Shown here in pieces: positions 7,905 to 11,157 of a DNA stretch of 11,157 bases; the stretch's first letter is position 1; every line of letters begins with the position of its first letter. This DNA comes from Limisphaerales bacterium (lineage in GTDB: Bacteria; Verrucomicrobiota; Verrucomicrobiia; Limisphaerales; JAJOIW01): positions 138,149-149,305 of the forward strand of contig CBFHOE010000001.1 of the NCBI GenBank assembly GCA_965657355.1, written 5' to 3'. Under the pieces are notes generated by a model. That model searched no databases and was not told the DNA's origin. It saw nothing but the letters and a program-made list of their open reading frames with translations. The translations under genes were made by a program, and so were the position numbers.

Positions 7905-8056
7905 TGATCGATTTTCTGAAAGAATTATGGGGATATATGAAAGTCCGAAAGAAATTTTGGATGATTCCCATTCTCTTATTTCTCGGAATGATTGGCGTAT
8001 TGGTTGCGTATACTCAAGGCTCGTCTATCTTACCGTTTATATACTCATTCTTTTAA
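7904..8056 (+). CDS. SxtK-like / DUF5989 small membrane protein (50 aa)
   Basis: Not in the ORF track. ATG overlaps the upstream stop (TAATG, 7902-7906). Translation: MIDFLKELWGYMKVRKKFWMIPILLFLGMIGVLVAYTQGSSILPFIYSFF*, matching the recalled family pattern FLKELWxFMxxRKKxWLxP...QGSxxAPFIYTLF. Confidence 0.92.
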   Translation: MIDFLKELWGYMKVRKKFWMIPILLFLGMIGVLVAYTQGSSILPFIYSFF

Positions 8057-8063
8057 TTTTTTA

Positions 8064-10427
8064 ATGAACCTAAGTCTATTACTAACTAGATATCATGTAA
8101 CCATTCTAAAGGTCTTATTGTTGTCTTTAATCAGCCTCGTTTCCATCACGCTTTCAAGAGGTGGAGATTCCAATGATTTAAATCAGACCGAATTCAAGCA
8201 GCCTCAAGCATGGGAAAAAGGTAAGGAGATATACCAGAATCTATGCATCGATTGTCATGGAGACCAAGGTCAGGGAGTTGCTGGTAAATATGATGAAACC
8301 CTGTACGGCGACAGGTCTATATCTTCTCTTACTAAGGTGGTCGCTGAAACAATGCCTGATGAACATCCGGAAAAATGTGAAGGTGAAGAGGCGCGATTGG
8401 TTTCGAAATACATTTTTGATGCTTTCTACTCGCCTGAGGCCCGCGCTCGAAATAATCCCCCCCGCAAGGAATTAGCCCATTTAACAGGTAGGCAATTTAT
8501 AAACTCAGTCACTGACCTCATAAGTTATTTTCAGGGTTCCAAAAACCCAGGACCCAGCCATGGTCTCAAAGCCACTTATTATAAAACTCGAAGAACAAAT
8601 AATGAAAATAAGGTCCTGGAGCGCATAGACTCAAGTGTTGATTTTAATTGGGGTGAATCATCTCCAGACATAGAAACAACAAAACCTGAGGAATTTGCTA
8701 TCAATTGGAATGGCTCCGTCAGGGTTGATGAAACTGGAATCTACACTTTTAAAATCGTTACTGAAAATGGTGCCAAACTTTGGGTCAATGATAATCAAAA
8801 TCCATTGATCGATTCATGGGTGAGTTCGTCAGAGCTCAAATCCGATTCAGGGCAGATTTTTCTTCTTGGAGGGCGGTCCTATCCTATGCGGCTGACTTAT
8901 TTTAAATTTAAAGGCAAGACTGGATCGATACGCCTAGAATGGATTCCTCCTGGGTATGCGTCTGAAGTCATTCCCCGGCATGCTTTGTTTGCCACATCCG
9001 TTGCCCCAACATTTATACTCAACACGACATTTCCACCAGATGATAATTCGCTAGGATTTGAAAGAGGCGTTGCTGTTTCTAAAGAGTGGGTGAGGTCCAC
9101 CACGATGGCCGGAATTGAAGCAGCTCGTTATATTGCTGATAACATTGAGTTTTTAGCTAAGTCCAAAAAATCACATCCTCAACTCCGACTCAAAATAATT
9201 ACTTTCCTTGAGGAATTTGCTGCATTGGCATTTGCGTCACCACTTAGTGAGTCAGAGAAAAGGTTTTTCGTTAGAAAATTCCTTTCTGAAAAAGCCTCGC
9301 TCAGTGAAATACGCGATGGGGTTAAAATGTCGGTGTTGCTTATTTTGAAATCACCTCGCTTCCTCTACCCTGAGGTTGGATCAGGTCGAATCGGAGATTT
9401 TAAATCAGCTCGACAAATATCTCTGGCTCTGTGGGATTCTATCCCAGATGTTGAACTTTTGAGGGCCGCCTCTACGGGGGAGCTAGCAACCGAGTCAGGC
9501 ATCAGAGGTCAAGTCGCGAGAATGACCAAGGATTATCGGCACAAAATCAAGCTCCATACTTTCTTTCACCATTGGTTGCATTTTGATGAGGCCGAGGATG
9601 TAGATAAAGACAGGTCGAGATTTCCCGGATTTAACGAACACCTTATGAGTGATTTAAAAAAATCGATACTCCATGGTGTTCGAGAAATTGTGTGGAGCGA
9701 AGGTAGCAATTTTCAGCGACTCCTCATCGATGATAGCGTGTATTTTAATAAAAGGCTTGCCGAATTCTACAAGGTGGAAGGCGCCAGGTTTCCCGATAAT
9801 AAGCGGCCATCGCGTAATGATGAATTCATCAAAGTTTCTACACACACTAAATACAGGGCAGGTGTCATAACTCATCCCTTTATTACATCCACGTTTTCTT
9901 ATTACAGATCGACATCTCCCATTCATCGCGGTGTTTTTCTTACCCGAAATATTTTGGGGCGATTTTTAAAGCCGCCACCTATGGCTATTGAGTTCATGGA
10001 TGGAAAATTTAATCCCCATTTAACGATGCGCGAGAAGGTAACAGAACTGACCAGTAGCAAAACGTGTATGGCATGCCATTCGATAATCAACCCACTTGGA
10101 TTTAGCCTGGAGAATTTCGATTCGGTTGGTCGTTTTCAAACACATGAAAATGAGAAGTTAATCAATGCTGTTAGTAAATATCTAGATGTAGATGGAGAAG
10201 TCTTTGAGATTTCTGGACCAAGAGATGTGGGGGTCTACGCATCCCAAAATAGACTGGCCCAGTTAGGCTTTTTGGATCAGTTGTTTCACCATCTCATAAA
10301 AAATCCCGCTGCCGCGTACGGGCCGGACACTAGAAATAAGCTTCTCGAAATTTTCGTCGATTCCAATTATCATATCCGAAAAATAGTTGAAGAAATCGTC
10401 GCTCAAGCGGTGATGCGATCTTCCTAA
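8064..10427 (+). CDS. Exported diheme cytochrome c / PA14 / DUF1587-DUF1595-DUF1592-DUF1588-DUF1585 protein (787 aa from ATG 8064)
   Basis: Hydrophobic signal-like N-terminus. CIDCH at 8244-8258 with a likely distal Met in ETMP. PA14 motifs RIDSSVDFNWG, FAINWNG, GIYTFKIVTENGAKLWVND..LIDSW. Also LILKSPRFLY, ISLALWDSIPDVELL..A..GEL, FFHHWL, RAGVITHP, TSPIHRGVF, CMACH at 10065-10079 and INPLGFSLENFDSVGRF. The track start (TTG 7992) overlaps the DUF5989 gene, so ATG 8064 is preferred. Confidence 0.9.
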   Translation: MNLSLLLTRYHVTILKVLLLSLISLVSITLSRGGDSNDLNQTEFKQPQAWEKGKEIYQNLCIDCHGDQGQGVAGKYDETLYGDRSISSLTKVVAETMPDEHPEKCEGEEARLVSKYIFDAFYSPEARARNNPPRKELAHLTGRQFINSVTDLISYFQGSKNPGPSHGLKATYYKTRRTNNENKVLERIDSSVDFNWGESSPDIETTKPEEFAINWNGSVRVDETGIYTFKIVTENGAKLWVNDNQNPLIDSWVSSSELKSDSGQIFLLGGRSYPMRLTYFKFKGKTGSIRLEWIPPGYASEVIPRHALFATSVAPTFILNTTFPPDDNSLGFERGVAVSKEWVRSTTMAGIEAARYIADNIEFLAKSKKSHPQLRLKIITFLEEFAALAFASPLSESEKRFFVRKFLSEKASLSEIRDGVKMSVLLILKSPRFLYPEVGSGRIGDFKSARQISLALWDSIPDVELLRAASTGELATESGIRGQVARMTKDYRHKIKLHTFFHHWLHFDEAEDVDKDRSRFPGFNEHLMSDLKKSILHGVREIVWSEGSNFQRLLIDDSVYFNKRLAEFYKVEGARFPDNKRPSRNDEFIKVSTHTKYRAGVITHPFITSTFSYYRSTSPIHRGVFLTRNILGRFLKPPPMAIEFMDGKFNPHLTMREKVTELTSSKTCMACHSIINPLGFSLENFDSVGRFQTHENEKLINAVSKYLDVDGEVFEISGPRDVGVYASQNRLAQLGFLDQLFHHLIKNPAAAYGPDTRNKLLEIFVDSNYHIRKIVEEIVAQAVMRSS

Positions 10428-10455
10428 TTATAGTCAAAAACTTCATTTCTTAAAA

Positions 10456-11157
10456 ATGCATACATCGAGGAGACAATTTTTAAAATCAGTTGGTATATCA
10501 TCGGCAGCTCTACCTTTCCTGGATGGTTTGCCCTCAATCGCCGCTCAATCAAAATTAAGAAAGGCCCCTCAGCGACTTCTCTTCATATTTAGTCCAAATG
10601 GAACCATACCAAAAGCTTTTTGGCCTGACCAAGAAGGCGAATCGTTCGAACTGAAGAGGATCCTAAAGCCTCTTGAGCCTTTCAAGGGGCGCTTGATGAC
10701 ATTGAAAGGAATATCCAACCAAATCAGAGGAGATGGCGACTCTCATATGCGTGGAATGTCATGTTTGCTTTCTGCAAAAGAGCTTTTCCCTGGAAACATT
10801 CAGGGTGGATCTCATACTCCGGCTGGATGGTGCCAAGGCATTTCCATTGATGAAGAAATTGCCAATTATTTTCAGACTAAAGAGGAAACGAAAACCCGTT
10901 TTTCCAATTTAACTACGGGTGTTGCTGTGCCGCATCGGGCTGATCCCTGGACTCGATGGGTATACGCCGGCCCGAACAAGCCAGTAGCACCTGCTGATGA
11001 TCCATACAAGTTGCTCAATTTGCTATACGGTCGCTTGGAAGATCAGGAATCAGTAAAAAGCATTTTAGACGATCTTAGAGACGACCTCAGAAGAGCAAAA
11101 AAAATTGTCAGTAGCGAAGACAGGCATCTTATTGATTCTCATGAGTCCTTGATCCGA
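10456..11157 (+). CDS. DUF1552 (HXXSHH) family protein with Tat signal; 3' end runs off the window (234 codons visible)
   Basis: Not in the ORF track. MHTSRRQFLKSVGISSAALPFL (twin-arginine SRRQFLK), RLLFIFSPNG, FWP, ILKPLEPF, LKGISN, GDSHMRGM, GISIDEEIA, DDPYKLL..LYG, SILD, EDRHLIDSH. This family is the usual downstream partner of DUF1592/DUF1588 genes. Confidence 0.9.
   Translation, partial: MHTSRRQFLKSVGISSAALPFLDGLPSIAAQSKLRKAPQRLLFIFSPNGTIPKAFWPDQEGESFELKRILKPLEPFKGRLMTLKGISNQIRGDGDSHMRGMSCLLSAKELFPGNIQGGSHTPAGWCQGISIDEEIANYFQTKEETKTRFSNLTTGVAVPHRADPWTRWVYAGPNKPVAPADDPYKLLNLLYGRLEDQESVKSILDDLRDDLRRAKKIVSSEDRHLIDSHESLIR

Noticed and set aside
4263..8056. Saxitoxin biosynthesis cluster (sxtI/J/K homologues)
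   Set aside because: No sxtA-type PKS-like gene, amidinotransferase or other core sxt gene is in the window, the flanking genes are PVC-type, and sxtIJK-like trios occur in non-toxic bacteria.
7992..8063. N-terminal extension of the 811-aa ORF from TTG 7992
   Set aside because: It overlaps the well-supported DUF5989 gene in another frame; ATG 8064 directly follows that gene's stop and gives a signal-like N-terminus.
3433..9926. Short internal track ORFs 3433..3621, 3482..3787, 3655..3978, 4827..5111, 4847..5074, 6605..6799, 7786..7971, 8257..8475, 8897..9103, 9654..9926 and 9673..9870
   Set aside because: All overlap well-supported genes and show no family motifs.
1..11157. CRISPR arrays, tRNA/rRNA genes, long tandem repeats
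   Set aside because: The window is almost entirely coding, intergenic gaps are under 100 bp, and no repeat-spacer periodicity or RNA-gene signature was seen by eye.

Overview
Bacterial DNA at roughly 40-45% GC (estimated by eye). The gene content (DUF1592/DUF1588 cytochrome c protein next to a DUF1552 protein, lamin-tail/CotH kinase, TPR-SGNH protein) is typical of Verrucomicrobiota/Planctomycetota; the taxonomy is inferred. On the minus strand, a secreted lamin-tail-domain/CotH-kinase gene starts at 1611 and runs off the left edge; the ORF track misses it. Divergent from it is a plus-strand gene run: membrane-anchored SGNH-like/TPR protein, NodU/CmcH/TobZ (SxtI-like) O-carbamoyltransferase, a 1319-bp IS3-family element, an SxtJ-family membrane protein, an unannotated 50-aa SxtK/DUF5989 peptide, a diheme cytochrome c/PA14/DUF1592-DUF1588 protein, and a Tat-exported DUF1552 protein that runs off the right edge. 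The main observation is that the 50-aa peptide ends in FIYSFF-COOH, the same register as the tyrosine acyl-shuttle motif of DltX (FIYxxF), and lies with an exported SGNH enzyme and a cytoplasmic carbamoyltransferase, with no MBOAT gene in the window. This suggests a trans-envelope carbamoyl-relay system (hypothesis). The IS3 copy sits inside this operon and appears to lack one A at its slippery site, so -1 frameshifting cannot produce the OrfAB transposase.
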